Assembly: GCF_037042905.1 (NCBI RefSeq)
Contig: NC_087245.1
Location: 42,410,001 to 42,474,000 of the forward strand
Direction of reading: 5' to 3'
DNA from: Lytechinus pictus
Lineage: Eukaryota
Length of the DNA stretch: 64,000 bases
The number at the start of each line of letters is the position of its first letter. The first letter of the stretch is position 1. Shown here piece by piece: positions 28,301 through 41,743 of the stretch. A model generated the notes under the pieces. That model was not told the DNA's origin. It did not search any database and was given only the letters and a program-made list of their open reading frames with translations. The position numbers and the translations under genes are program-made.

Positions 28301-28479
28301 AAAAGTCGCTCGAAATTTCATTGAACGTGGCACATCTATTTGTTTAGTACCTCGTACATGTCTTGCGAAACCTTCCCCATGATCATCATCACCGTGTCAG
28401 TTCGAATTCGTTGCTTGCGTAAAATCCCCCGTTGTTTGTATCACTAAAATTTAAAGAGGAGCAATACGAACAAATAAAT

Positions 28480-28531
28480 CTGTATCATTCAGTGTGAGTC
28501 TCGAGAAAGAGGAAGAAGCTTAAAAACAAAG
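28480..28531 (+). other. Possible non-coding first exon of the downstream + strand gene
   Basis: Inr-like TCAGT near 28489 and strong donor AAAG|GTAAGA at 28531/28532; no ORF. Speculative. Confidence 0.3.
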
Positions 28532-29325
28532 GTAAGATATTGCAGGATTAAACATCTAAACTTATTTAATTATTTCACTGAATGATCAGTTACCCGGTGT
28601 AGTAACTGTTATCACAAAATAACATTAACCTTCCTTTTAATTGAGCACAATTGAAATTCATACAAAAAGAAGTTATTTATTTATTTGGAAGTTTAGAGGT
28701 TATGACGCCTTATCTTATAAAGTGGGACGTTGGTTCGAATTCTACACGAACCACTTATTTTCAGGAGAGAGCATTTGATCTGTGTTATGCTGAACCTAAT
28801 CCAGGAGAGGTAAATAGGTATCTAACGGGAATTTAGGGAATTTATTTCTTAAAATGATGTACATTGAAGCATTATTAACTTTGGTCAAAATTGCTTCATT
28901 ATAAATTGAACCAAATTAGTTATGTTTACATTCGGAGATTATATGCATATAGACCGGGAAAGGAGGGGGGGAGAGTCGGAATACGTTTCATATTTCAAAT
29001 TTGTAATTTTCAAAATTTGATGCAAAATGTTTTTATTATTCACAAGATTTTTATTTTCATTTTGTTTTCATTTAAACTAGATGTTGTAAATTGAAAATAA
29101 GTTTATATGTATATATATTACATTCATGTGTGTGTGTGTGTGTGTGTGGAATGAAATTAAATGAATTGTAAATGCGATAATCAGGCGTATCGAATATTCA
29201 GGTTTTTAGTGTATATGCAGAGATCGTAAAGATGATTGCATAACAAAAATTTTAAGTTTTCTTTTATTGGTCTTTTCTGCTAACTTATACTGAATTAATT
29301 TCATCTCTTAGCCTTATTTTGCCCT

Positions 29326-32182
29326 TAACTGTTATTGAACAGGGGGGGGGGGGTCAATTTGACCCCCTCAACAAATGTAGATTTGTAGAAATATAAAAAT
29401 ATATACGTTCACCCGAAATTAGCATTCTGCTAGCTATATAAATTAAGTTAAAGGCAAAAGCATACACAAAAAACAAAATTAGTGAAAATTTCATACGCTT
29501 ATTTGCATAATTAATGAAAAAATAGAGGCAATTAATTTTGTGAAAATTTCACTATACACTCTTGCAGTTTACAACTACATGGATTATCTCCTCAATGATA
29601 ATCTCTCGGCCCCGAATGCTCTCTGGAATGTTATGAAAACCATCACTAAGGGACCAAGACAAAGTGAAAAACACATTGCTTTGGTAGCAGAGAATGGAAA
29701 TGATATCTCCGAGCCTAAGGAGGTGGCGGATTGCTTTAATGATTATTTTACCAACTCGATCGAAGAACTTGTTGGTGAAATTAATAGTGAAAATGAAATC
29801 TCTCCATTTTCTTCGACATCTCAATATGATGTTCGCACTGATGTTTGTAACTCTGTAGACGAAAACGTAGAATATAATGCACCATTGATTACCCACGACT
29901 TTGTGGTAAAAACTATAAATAATCTCTCGTGCAAGAAAGCTACTGGACATGATAACTTGTCTGTAAAACTGTTAAAACCTTTAATTACCGTCCCTATCGT
30001 TCTGTCCACGCTTGTTTATATCTTGAACCTATCATTAAATGAAGGACTGTTTCCAACCGAATGGAAAACTGCTAGAATTCAACCAATTCCCAAATCAGGT
30101 GATAAAGCATTTGTTCAGAATTATAGACCGATAGCTATTTTACCTGTGCTCTCCAAGATCATTGAAAGAGCTGTAAGTTCAAGCCTTCTAAAACATCTTC
30201 TTCAACAAGAAATATTGTCTCCTAATCAGTTTGGCTTTAGGCCTAATCATTCATGCGAGACAGCACTACTTTGTATGGTTGATGATTGGTCGAAGCAAGT
30301 AGATGGTAGGAGACTGAACGGTGTTGCATTCATTGACTTACGTCGTGCTTTCGACACAGTAGACCATTCACTTCTCCTCAATAAACTTAAATCATGTGGC
30401 TGCTCTCGATCGTGTTTAAAATGGTTTGAATCGTACTTAGAAAACCGCAGACAATTCGTTTCTTTTGGTAATGAAAAGTCTTCTACAAAAGAAATTAATG
30501 TAGGTTTCCCTCAGGGCTCAATTCTTGCCCCGGTTCTGTTTTCACTTTTTATCAACGACTTATCGAATCATGTTACTAGTGCCTCAGTATATATGTACGC
30601 AGATGACACTACTATTTCAGTATCTGGTAAGACTAAAGCAGAGGTCGAAACCAATCTAACCCAGGCACTATACGAGACCTATTCATGGATAAGAAATAAC
30701 AAACTGATCTTAAACTATAATAAAACAAAAGTAATGCTATTAGGGTCAAAACAAAAACTAAGTACTACTCATAATCAACAAATATCAATAAATATACATG
30801 GCTGTACTCTAGAATGTGTAAATGAAGTGAAGTGTTTGGGCGTAACAATTGATAATTGCCTTGACTTTAAGCAACATACCAATTCAATTTCAAACCTTAT
30901 CAATCGTAAGCTTGGAATTATTCGCAGGAATAAACATTATTTTAATCAATCTCAACTTTCCAAACTTTATTGGGGATATGTCATTCCCCATATCCTTTAT
31001 TGTTCTAATGTTTGGTTTGGGAGATCAGAAGGAAATTATGACACGCTTAACAGGTTACATAAAAGAGCAGCGTATCTGATATCAAATCGCACATGGATGA
31101 CACGCTCTGAAATCGTGTTTAAAGAACTAGATTGGCCCTCTCTAAAGAAAGTTCTCCATAGAACCTCATGTGTTCTTATGTATAAGTGTGTCAACAAATT
31201 ATCGCCCGCCATTTTATACGATAGACTTTCATTTGTCGATGATGTCTCTACGAGAACCACACGTAGTTCTGACAAATTGCTCTTGGGATTGCCAAAATGT
31301 CGTACAACCTTTTACCAAAAATCTTTTCTGTTTCTAGGCTCTTTCAATTGGAACCAGCTGCCTGACCATATAAGATTTTCAAAATCCGTACATTCTTTCA
31401 AATACCAACTTAAACACATATAGACAAATCATATCGTTCATTTTAATCAGTATACAATACACTTATCACCCACTATTCTCTTGTCCGTGCCGTTCCTAAA
31501 GTACTCTTAATCTTGATTGCTGCTCTTTTCTTGTCTTTCTGTGTTTCCCACTTATTATTTAGACATTAAAGCGTGTCGTGTTTTTTTTTTCTTTCTTTTT
31601 ATCTCGATGTATATTAGTGATGAAATTTCTAATGATGCGATATGTCTTTTGCTTGTTTTTTTTTATTCAAAAATTAAATTTATTAGTACTGTGTGATACA
31701 TTGCCTTATGTTTTAACGATCTTTCTTCTTTTTGAATGAATATGTTTTATCTCTTTGCTTTTTGCTTTTAATTGCTTACTACATTTTTTTTATTTTTTAT
31801 TTTTTTAAATATATATTTATATAATCACAGGGCCCTGAGGTAGACCAGCTTTTAATGTTAATATTTTGCGTATTTGTAATCTTGCCATCTGTAACTCGTA
31901 ACATATTTTCGTATTTTACTTTGTATTTGTTCCTTTTTTCTGTATCTCATAATGACCTGTTACTATGTTTTTCGTATATTGTATGTTTTTTAATGCTGAT
32001 CAGGCCACTCTGTATAAATATTCGAGAATAAATAGATATAAATAAATAAATCCAGGTATACGCACTTGCAAATTTTCGCGGCGATCGCGCAATCAACGGC
32101 CGAGATCTGAGGGGGGGGGGTGGGGTCAGTTAGATATGTTAGTATATGTTGGTCTGAAATACCCCAGTTAAGATAGGGTTAA
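29326..32182. mobile_element. TTAA-flanked (piggyBac-like) non-autonomous element split by a LINE insertion
   Basis: Left half ttaac...ggggtcaatttgaccccc (29326 to ~29560); right half ...ggggtcag...accccagttaagatagggTTAA (32051-32182); related fragment at 26209. Confidence 0.55.
29540..31423 (+). CDS. Reverse transcriptase ORF2 (5'-truncated, no endonuclease) of a CR1/L2-group LINE; element continues to ~32050
   Basis: KATGHD, PIPKSG, NYRPIAIL, QFGFRPNHS, FIDLRRAFDTVDH, GFPQGS, MYADDT, KCLGV motifs; uninterrupted frame; A-rich (AAAT)n tail at 32026-32050. The first few codons probably derive from the host element. Confidence 0.95.
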   Translation: MKISLYTLAVYNYMDYLLNDNLSAPNALWNVMKTITKGPRQSEKHIALVAENGNDISEPKEVADCFNDYFTNSIEELVGEINSENEISPFSSTSQYDVRTDVCNSVDENVEYNAPLITHDFVVKTINNLSCKKATGHDNLSVKLLKPLITVPIVLSTLVYILNLSLNEGLFPTEWKTARIQPIPKSGDKAFVQNYRPIAILPVLSKIIERAVSSSLLKHLLQQEILSPNQFGFRPNHSCETALLCMVDDWSKQVDGRRLNGVAFIDLRRAFDTVDHSLLLNKLKSCGCSRSCLKWFESYLENRRQFVSFGNEKSSTKEINVGFPQGSILAPVLFSLFINDLSNHVTSASVYMYADDTTISVSGKTKAEVETNLTQALYETYSWIRNNKLILNYNKTKVMLLGSKQKLSTTHNQQISINIHGCTLECVNEVKCLGVTIDNCLDFKQHTNSISNLINRKLGIIRRNKHYFNQSQLSKLYWGYVIPHILYCSNVWFGRSEGNYDTLNRLHKRAAYLISNRTWMTRSEIVFKELDWPSLKKVLHRTSCVLMYKCVNKLSPAILYDRLSFVDDVSTRTTRSSDKLLLGLPKCRTTFYQKSFLFLGSFNWNQLPDHIRFSKSVHSFKYQLKHI

Positions 32183-32716
32183 TTATGTCAATGTTATCTC
32201 AGAATTAATAGAAAATTTGAATATAAAGGGTAAAACCATTAGAGTTATCAAAACTTTATTCATGCAGGAACAATTTATCAATATGATACTAACCACCGGA
32301 TTGTATTGCAGAGTCACAAACCTTTCAACATTTCCCTTATCTGATTTAATGTAAGTATTCGAGAATAAACACTGGATTCAAAGCATCCAACACAATAGGA
32401 GCATACTTTGAAATAATCCATGTGGAAGAATTTACGACAACTTTATTGTCAGAGTATGTTTATTCAGGTTAAGGTCACGTATTTCTAATTGCTCTTCTAA
32501 TATGAGGGGAACCCCCTTCAGAATCCCAGTATACTTACCAAATAATAGAAAAATTTTAATTGCATTTTTCTTCAGAATGATTTCGGATCACCCCTTTGTT
32601 ACCAACGACAATAACAGCGAATTCTTGGGAATTTCGCACATCTGTCACGTTTGGTTCATTCGCGCCTAATTCAGTTCAGTTTATTTCCATCATTCACACA
32701 CACCCTCACACACACA

Positions 32717-32758
<42 letters not shown>

Positions 32759-32996
32759 AACATCTACATTGGTTGACATGGGTATAACATATCATGAAAT
32801 AAATTAAATCCTTCTTGAGACAAAAGGGAGTTTATACACAATAAGAATTTTAACCAGTGAAGAATGGAGGAGCCTTAGTATTAGAAAGCATAGCTTGTGA
32901 GTTACAGGTCTAAGAGGAGAATAAAAAAAAATGGAAAGGCTAGGATTTTATTAATAAAATGTATAATTTAAACTAGAAAAAAGTTGATATCACAAT

Positions 32997-33275
32997 ATTA
33001 TTAATAATAAAAATAATAGCTGGATTTATAAAGCGCCTTTTTGCCAGAGGATACAGCACTGCTATTATTACCCCGGCTTTAGCATGAGCTACCATCACTG
33101 GCGCTCAGTGCATGCAAGGAATTACTTCTGCCGGGTACTCATTCACCTCACCTTGGTCGAGTACAGCACAGTGCAGATAAATTTCTTGCTGAAGGAAAAT
33201 ACGCCATGGCTCCGATTCGAACACGCAACCCTCTGTTTCAAAGGCGAGAGTCAGAATCACTAGACAACGACGCAC
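32997..33275 (-). mobile_element. tRNA-derived SINE with conserved central core and L2-like 3' tail
   Basis: Minus strand: A-box-like gtctagtg, B-box GTTCGAATC, core ...ggtgaggtgaatgagtaccc..., tail gcgctttataaat...(TAT)n. Second copy at 43793-44025; faint copy at ~28720-28850. Confidence 0.8.
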
Positions 33276-34744
33276 CCACCATATCAGTAATGGACCAGTT
33301 GGTTCTGTAACTCGCCCTGAAGGAAGGACAATAGTTTTGAGGGAACATGGTAGTAGAAGATAAAAATAGAATTGAAGTGCTATGTATAGTGCTAATTCAG
33401 TATTTCTTGTCGCTTACTAGGGTCTCAAGCAAGCGTTCCCCCTACACAACAAAAATAAAAAAGAGCTGTATTGTCCCACCCCTCTTATCACAACACTATA
33501 ATAGTCATGCATTGTATCAGCATTCTAAAAGTTTCTACATCATCGTATTCTATAAACAGAATCATATTCGGGGGTAGAATTTGTATATCATTTTGGGCCA
33601 TATTTTATGATTAGGTCTACAATCCTACCTCGCTCATAATAAATGAATGACGTCTTAAATACGTCATTCTGGTTTAAAAGCCTATACCTATTAATATGTC
33701 CACATAGTTCATATCGACTTCAAATCGAGTACATTTGCCATTTAAATCACAAAATCTCGTCTCTTTCAGTAGTCATTTAAAGAACCTTATCTGGACCCCA
33801 AGGCAGAACAGAGTGGTAATAACCACTTGACCGAAGTTCCGCGAGACCGAGGGTCTGCGAGCCCGAGGGTCCGCTAGACCGAGGGTACGCGAGACCGAGG
33901 GCCCGCGAGACCGAGGGCCCGCAAGACCGAAGGCCCGCGAGACCGATTTTTTTCCCTTCATCGGTTGCCGCGGTCGAGTGGTTTAAGGCGCCTCGTTGCA
34001 GCGGCGTAACATGTGCCTGTTATAGGGGGGGGGGGGGAGGAGCCAAATAATTCCCGGTAACTAAGTTTAGAATCAGTGGCGTTGCTAGGAGTTCATTTTA
34101 GGGGACGGTGGTGAGCACACAAATCGTCCGAAACACGTACTGCGCGCACGAAACGTCTCTCTTGGGGGGGGGGGGGGGTGCAGGGTGGGGGTGTTTCTGC
34201 TACTTACAGTATACACTTACGATGCCTTATTTCACTGACACTACCTAATCGTTGACTCTTCTCATTTAACGTTTATTTTTATGGTAATTCTGCTTCATGA
34301 TCTTGTGCATTTAATGTTTAACAAGAAAACTGGAAATATCATGGAAATACATAGACCTGGAACATTGAACCTTCATTATGGGCAATATTATCTTAACATT
34401 TTTTTTTCATTTAAACAGAATAATAAGAAGAACAAGAAGGTCAAAGTTCTAAAGAAAAAACGTAAATTGATTTGTCACTCAAATAGAAGTGCCGGTTTAA
34501 ATCAGTTTTCCTCTGGGAAGCCTGTCCTCGGGAGAATGGTCATTCGGGGGAGTTTTCATTGGGGAGTTGTCATGGGGGAGTCGCCCTCCGGAGGAGTAGT
34601 CCTCTCGGGGAGTTGTCCTAAAACCCATTTTTCTATTGTTGTTGTTACTATTTTTGTTATCATGATATCAGCAGCTGCAGCAGTAGTAGAATTAGAAGTC
34701 GTAGTAGTAGTTGTAGTAGTTTTAGTAGTCGTAGTAGTAGTAGT

Positions 34745-36421
34745 CAGGGGCGGATCCAGCCTTCGCCATTAGGGGGGGGGGGTTCAGCCATATTTTCCCC
34801 GATCGGCCGCACGAAGATGATTTTTGGTTTCTTTCAAGGGGTAGACCTAATAGTCACTTCTTTAGCTTTAGTCTTATGAATAGACATAAATATATAATAC
34901 GATAATCCTTATTTATATAATGCGAGCGCGAAGCGCGAGCTAATTTTTCTTTGAAATCTTCTGTATTTTTTCCTAAAATTTTGAAAATTCTGGGCAATGT
35001 TTGTTGAAGAAGGTGTGTATGCAAATGGATAATTACTACGAACGTGAAGCGCGAGCAGAAATGAACTGATGGAAAAGGCACTGTTGAAGACTGCTTGCAG
35101 TTAGCCATGAAGACGTTACATATTTTAAAAATCAAATAATTCGAGCGCGAAGGAATGGAAATTCTAAGAACTTTTTGTAACTAAAACAGAGTAGGTATAT
35201 AACTAAACAATAACTAAACTGATGCGAGCGCGAAGCGCGAGCGGAAAATTTCGAGATTTAGCCCTCCGAACGAAACACTCTATTCAAGTTTTGTAAATCA
35301 TGAAAAGGATGAGTAAGTGGGAATCTTGAATTCCTTACATTAATAATGCGAGCACAAAGTGGGAGCAGAAAACTTTTGATATTGTGATCTCAAACTGGAT
35401 AATGATTTCAATAGAGAACAAGTTGACTATCTTGTCCTAGAATCTAGGCATTCTAAATAAATCTTTTATCATGAAAATCAAAGCGAGCGCGAAGCGCGCG
35501 AGCTTAAACTATTTGACATTCGATATTCCGATCTGAAAAAGAGTCAATTTCAACTATATTATTTCAAGCACTAAGACATGTATATGAAAATGACTATCTT
35601 GCTATTCCTCTCGCTAAGTGCGAGATGAAACAAAAGGGACACTTTAATTATTTAATTAATATCTTATTCATTAATGCCTAATGAGGGCGCGAAATCTGAT
35701 GATATAATGGCCTGAAAACTGGACATCTCAAGCACTTTTGTAATTATAAATTGGATGCATCAAGTTAATATATTTTAATCATTAATGCGAGTGGAAATCG
35801 CGAATTTTTTTTATAAACTGTCCTGAAAAAGGGATTTTAAGTAGTTTGTTGTATAATCAATATTGAGACATACATAACTCGCCAATCATGATGCGAGCGT
35901 GCAGCGCTAGCTGATACGTTTTGACAATCAGAACTGAAAAGTGATACTTTGAAAACTTTATGGAATTCACGAAAATAATAGGTACCTGATAAATCAAAAT
36001 TTGCGAGCGCGTAGCACGAGCGAAAATGTTAATATTCAGCAGTTTAGACCATAAAAATGACATTTTTTACAGAGCACTTCTTAAAAACAATTTGTAAATC
36101 ACACAAAATAATGAAAGTTCGATTTCCGAGGTGAAATATGTTTTGTACATTGACTTCCAAACTTGATATCAAAACTCCATATTGAACAAGATATGAAAAT
36201 CACCTAATGCGAGCGCGAAGCGCAAGCAAAAATTTGATATAGTGACATGAAAGATTCTTTTTATTTTCCAAGTCTTCACCTCATCTTATTTTATTCATTC
36301 GTCTTCCTCCTCTTCTTTTTTTGTTCTCTTTATTTCCCCTTTTTTATTCTTCCTTTCCTTTTTTTCTTGCTCCGCCAATAAGGGGGAGGGGGGCTAGGGC
36401 CACCCCCTGGATCCGCCTATG
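34745..36421 (+). mobile_element. hAT-like non-autonomous element (GGCGGATCC family) with a GCGCGAAGCGC motif array
   Basis: CAGGGGCGGATCCAG ... CTGGATCCGCCTATG; GTAGTAGT on both sides (within a microsatellite); inverted homolog at 46646-48725. Confidence 0.8.
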
Positions 36422-37682
36422 GTAGTAGTAGCAGTTACATTATCATTGTTGTTTTTATCATCATTATTATTATCATTATTATTACTATCATGTAATTCCT
36501 TAACATTATTCGGCATTTTTGTTTTGCCTTGTTTCATTTTGTCTCCTTTGTTTCATTCATCACTTTAGTTTATTCAATAAATTTTTTAATACCGACACTC
36601 TAAATAAATGGATGAATACTTTTCTAAAACCAGACAACGTTTTATAAACAGTCCTGTATGTTAAAGGTATGTCTCTGAAATCCAGATGAAGAAAAATGGT
36701 AGATGAGGTAAATGATAATAAAAAATGACCGTAAAAGGGAAGGAAAATGAATAAATAGAAGCGCCGAGTTCACCTAGAGCATAGAGAAAAGACGTAGACA
36801 AAAATCACGAAGAAAAAAGAAGCGAAATTATTTAGGAATAAGATGTTAACATAATTATATAATGAGAACGGAGAAGGAGAGAGAGAGAGGGGGTGATTAA
36901 AGAGGAACGATAGGAGAAATTGAAAGTAAAAAGAGCTGTGAGAAAAATAAAGAGGAAAAAAACTTGGAAGAATATCCAATTTATTTGAATGTGCTCTGTG
37001 TCTATCTGTGTGTGGGATGAGTGTGTGCGTTTCTATGCAAAATATGGTTAGGATATTTCTATTTAAAAAAAATCTTGAAATTTGCAACAGCTCAGTTCGG
37101 ATGCGGCGCCACTGTATTTGGGTTCGTCAGTCTAATTGTTGTAACTTTTTTTGGTTTCACCTCGGTTGTATAGATTTCTTTAGAGACTATGGCATGATTT
37201 CGTAAGACGATGAAGTGAGAGAGGGGATAGGGTGTCCGATTTAGTAGTATATTATGAAAGGCATTTTTGCAAACTATCCCCAGTCTAATAATACTCCGGC
37301 AGAAGCTGAAATGTTATCTGAAAATTGATATTAAAAAAGGAATCTATTAATGAATAGCTGAATGAATGAATGAACAAAATGATCAATTATATTTATCAAT
37401 TGATTACACCCTCGTAGCACACAAAAAAGCCAACCCTCCCCCTCGAGCGAGAGCAGACAGGGAATAGTTCAAGGGATCGCCACAGCTTCTTACTCCATGC
37501 ATGATTCCCCCCCCCCCCCCCCCGAGCGCGTTTTGCGCGCTTAGTGTTTCACACGCTTCGCGTGCTGACTACCGCCCCCTTAAATTAAACCCCAGCTTCG
37601 CCACAAATTTTAGATTTAGTTAACGGGAAATTATTGGCTGTGCCCCCCCCCCCAATTTCAGGCAGAAAACGTAAGAAGAGTG

Positions 37683-37816
37683 CAGTGGTGTAACTGGGGT
37701 CGGTGGCCAGGTTGGGGGGGGGGGGCAAGAGCCAAAAATTTCCCGGTCATATCATGGAACTGGCAATGGCATCATGAAGCAAATATTTGAGGGGGCGATA
37801 TATGGAGTATATCGGG

Positions 37817-37895
<79 letters not shown>

Positions 37896-39143
37896 TGTGT
37901 GTGTGTGTGTGCGAGCGAGCAAAAATTTTGACATTTTTAATGCAAAAATCCAATTTTGTGATAGACTTTGGCATAATGTTAAAAATGAAATAAAATAATA
38001 TTTTTGTACGCCACGGTGTACAGAATATTTGTTATGATTGTGCGCATCAGGGCGAAGCTCTATGTGCTCGAGGGGGCCCAGTATGGCGCTTGTGGTAAGA
38101 AGTAGCTTAATAACTCCCGAGAGAGCGAAGCGAGCGAGATAAAAAAAAAAACCTTTTCATGAGAATCTAACATGAAGATAGATTTTGACGTGATATTCAG
38201 AAAAATATTATACACTTTTCGTTTGCTTTTCTTTCTTTCCTCCTTTTTTTGTTGTTGTTTGCGTAATCATCCAAATATTTTGAGGGGGGCACACCATAGC
38301 AAATGTGGGGAAATTTGTAAAAAGTCGCCAGCGAGCGAAGCGAGCCAGAAAGAAAAATTGCCTTTTGAAATGAAATTCTAATTATGGGATAGATTTTTAC
38401 GTCATGGCAAATATCATGTCATGTATTTTTTTCATTCATCTCATTTCGCTGCCTCCTTCATTTTCTTTTATTTCCCCTTGGCTGTGGAACTATCCCCCCA
38501 GTACGCCAGTGCTTCAACGCAAAGCTTAATGCAAAAAGGGTCCATATAGGGGCCCGTTATATAGCCCTTTAAATGTTACAGATGAAGAGCCCCCACTGCA
38601 CGGGGTCTTGACTCTTGGACAGAGCCCCCGGTAGCTTTGGAGATTTAGCAATGTTATGATAGACTATCATACGAAATTATGATATACTGTATATCCATCT
38701 TTCTTCCCGCTCGTTATCTTCAATCCTCAGCAGCCCGGTAGTAATATCTTGTCCCTTCTCTTTATTTTCCAATTTAAATTTTGCCTCATTCCATTCTATC
38801 TTCATTTCCCGCTTTTCTTTGCCTTTTTGTCATCTTTAATTTTATCATTTCCCTGTCTTACTAATCATGCTAATGTATTTGTATATCGGGGAAATTTATT
38901 TTTTCTTACATGTCCTTCTTTCCTTCCTTTTCCCAATTTCTTTCCGTTTTCCCTTTTCATGTTTTTTTTTTCTTAGTTTTCTTTTCTCCTTTCCTTTTCC
39001 CCTTCCTTTTCCCCTTTCCTCTTTTTTCTTTTCCTTTCTCTTTCTTTCTTTCTCCCCCTTTTTGTTTTCTTTTTATTTTCCCGGTGAACTCCGCCAGGGG
39101 GTGGGGCAAGCTGCCCTCCCCCCCCCCGCCTGTTACACCACTG
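37683..39143. mobile_element. hAT-type non-autonomous element
   Basis: TIRs CAGTGGTGTAAC / GTTACACCACTG; perfect 8-bp TSD GAAGAGTG at 37675-37682 and 39144-39151. Confidence 0.9.
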
Positions 39144-40397
39144 GAAGAGTGGATGCAGACAAGGAACGATTCAAAGAAACGTCGGAGCTTCCGAAATTAA
39201 AATCCCCCTCTCTTCGTTAACAGGCAGAGAACGTGAGAAGAGCAGGCCGGAGTGGGCAAGGAACAATTCGAAGAAAACGTCGGAGCTTCCGTGCTTCGCG
39301 CGGGAGGGGGAAAACTCATCTTAAAATATGGATCACCTTTCGTGCGCTCATTATTAAGTGTTTCTCACACTTCGCGTGCTCACCACCGCCCCATAAAATG
39401 AAATCCTATAGCAAAGCCACTGATTCTAGACTTTAATACTTACCGGGATTTTTTTGCTCTGCCCCCCCCCCTCCGATAACAGGCAGAGGACGTATTAAGA
39501 TGAGCGACAGCAGATAAGAACAATTCAAAGGAACGTCGGACCTTCCGCGCTTCTCGTGGGTAGGTACACTCCCTTCCCTGCACCCCCCCGGAACGCCCTT
39601 CCCGTGCTTACTACTGCCACCTAAACTGAAATCCTAGTTATGCCAATAATTCTAGACGGAATTACTGGGAAATATTGGCGCCCCTCTCCCTCTCTGATAA
39701 CTGGCACCTGTTACGCCGCTGCAACGAGGCGCCTTAAACCACTCGACCGCGGCAACCGATGAAGGGAAAAAAATCGGTCTCGCGGGCCTTCGGTCTTGCG
39801 GGCCCTCGGTCTCGCGGGCCCTCGGTCTCACGGACCCTCGGTCTAGCGGACCCTCGGTCTCGCGGGCTGTCACCTAATTACCACTCTGAATGGGCAATCC
39901 AGCCATTCATATGTATTTGTTTTATTTTGTAATTATATCTGATGTATTTTGTTTGTATTTTGCATAATTTTATGAATGGAAAAATAAATACAATACAATA
40001 CAATACAATCTAAAACTTTCAAATTTGAGATATTTTACAAAATTGGACTCACAGGTGTATGCAAATTTAGTAAATACAGTATTATTATCGATCCATTTCT
40101 CGCACTTGTAAAGGCATATATATTATGTATATCGGAGGTGTCGATAATAATTTTGACAACTTATTACGTATTCAAAATAGTAGCATTTTTCGACGAGTTT
40201 TGTGCTAAAATTATGTTTTATGATTTGGTGTAAAAAGAAAATTTGGAACATTTATCACTTTTGCCACTGACCCCGATATATATATATATATATATATATT
40301 GTAAAGAAATGAATGAAGAGAACAATGGTAGGCATAGCTTAAATCAAGGTTCCCCAGAGCTATCTACCCTTTAGAAAAATTGGTGATGCCGAAAAAA

Positions 40398-40469
40398 AGT
40401 CTCTGCCGGGAATCGAACCCGGGCCCCCAGCTTTGAACGCCGGTGCCTTAACCACTAGACCACAGAGAC
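40398..40469 (-). tRNA. tRNA-like gene, anticodon UCA (UGA-reading, not Sec-type), copy A
   Basis: Full cloverleaf; acceptor stem GTCTCTG/CAGAGAC fully Watson-Crick; followed by a T-run; embedded in one inverted copy (~40300-40662) of the 412-bp unit. Confidence 0.7.
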
Positions 40470-40660
40470 GGGTTAGTGGCTAGGGCGACCCCGATCCGAT
40501 TGACCGTCAGATAGACAAATTTTCGACACTTTACCAATTATAATTTCCTTTGTCGGGTGATGTGGGTTTTGAACAATGACAAGCCGCCATGCCTCAGCTG
40601 GAACAAAGCTATTGCTTTGATACAGTACACGTATGGGAGACAGTATACAAATGTGTGAAG

Positions 40661-41453
<793 letters not shown>

Positions 41454-41671
41454 TTGCCAAAGCTGTAGTACATGTATAACTTCACACATTTGTATACTTT
41501 CTCCCATACGTGTACTGTATCAAAGCAATAGCTTTGATCCAGCTGAGGCATGGCGGCTTGTCATTGTTCAAAACCCACCTTCACCCGACAAAGGAAATTA
41601 TAATTGGTATGGTGTCGAAAATCTGTCTATCTGACGGTCAATTGGATCGGGGTCGCCCTAGCCACTAACCC

Positions 41672-41743
41672 GTCTCTGTGGTCTAGTGGTTAAGGCACCG
41701 GCGTTCAAAGCTGGGGGCCCGGGTTCGATTCCCGGCGGAGACA
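41672..41743 (+). tRNA. tRNA-like gene, anticodon UCA, copy B
   Basis: GTCTCTG-TG-GTCT-AGTGGTTA-AGGC-A-CCGGC-GT[TCA]AA-GCTGG-GGGC-CCGGG-TTCGATT-CCCGG-CGGAGAC-A then T6; all four stems pair; A and B boxes intact. Confidence 0.72.

Larger units (their letters stand above)
33809..39888. mobile_element. Foldback-type composite element with modular 16-bp-repeat TIRs
   Basis: Outer IR CAGAGTGGTAAT/ATTACCACTCTG flanked by AA. Arrays of CCGCGAGACCGAGGG(C/T) at 33839-33945 and inverted at 39775-39866. Near-identical unique IR at 33946-34011 vs 39709-39774. Confidence 0.85.

Noticed and set aside
34920..36230. CRISPR-like repeat-spacer array
   Set aside because: Eukaryotic context, degenerate repeats, irregular ~100-bp spacers, no cas genes; lies within a TIR element.
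33770..39912. Possible exon split by the foldback insertion (would read SFKEPYLDPKAEWAIQPFI), and an acceptor-like site at 32576
   Set aside because: Weak donors and no homology support; too speculative.
41672..41743. Calling the UCA tRNA a selenocysteine tRNA
   Set aside because: 72 nt with a 4-nt variable loop and 7/5 fold; tRNA-Sec has a long variable arm and an extended acceptor/T stem.
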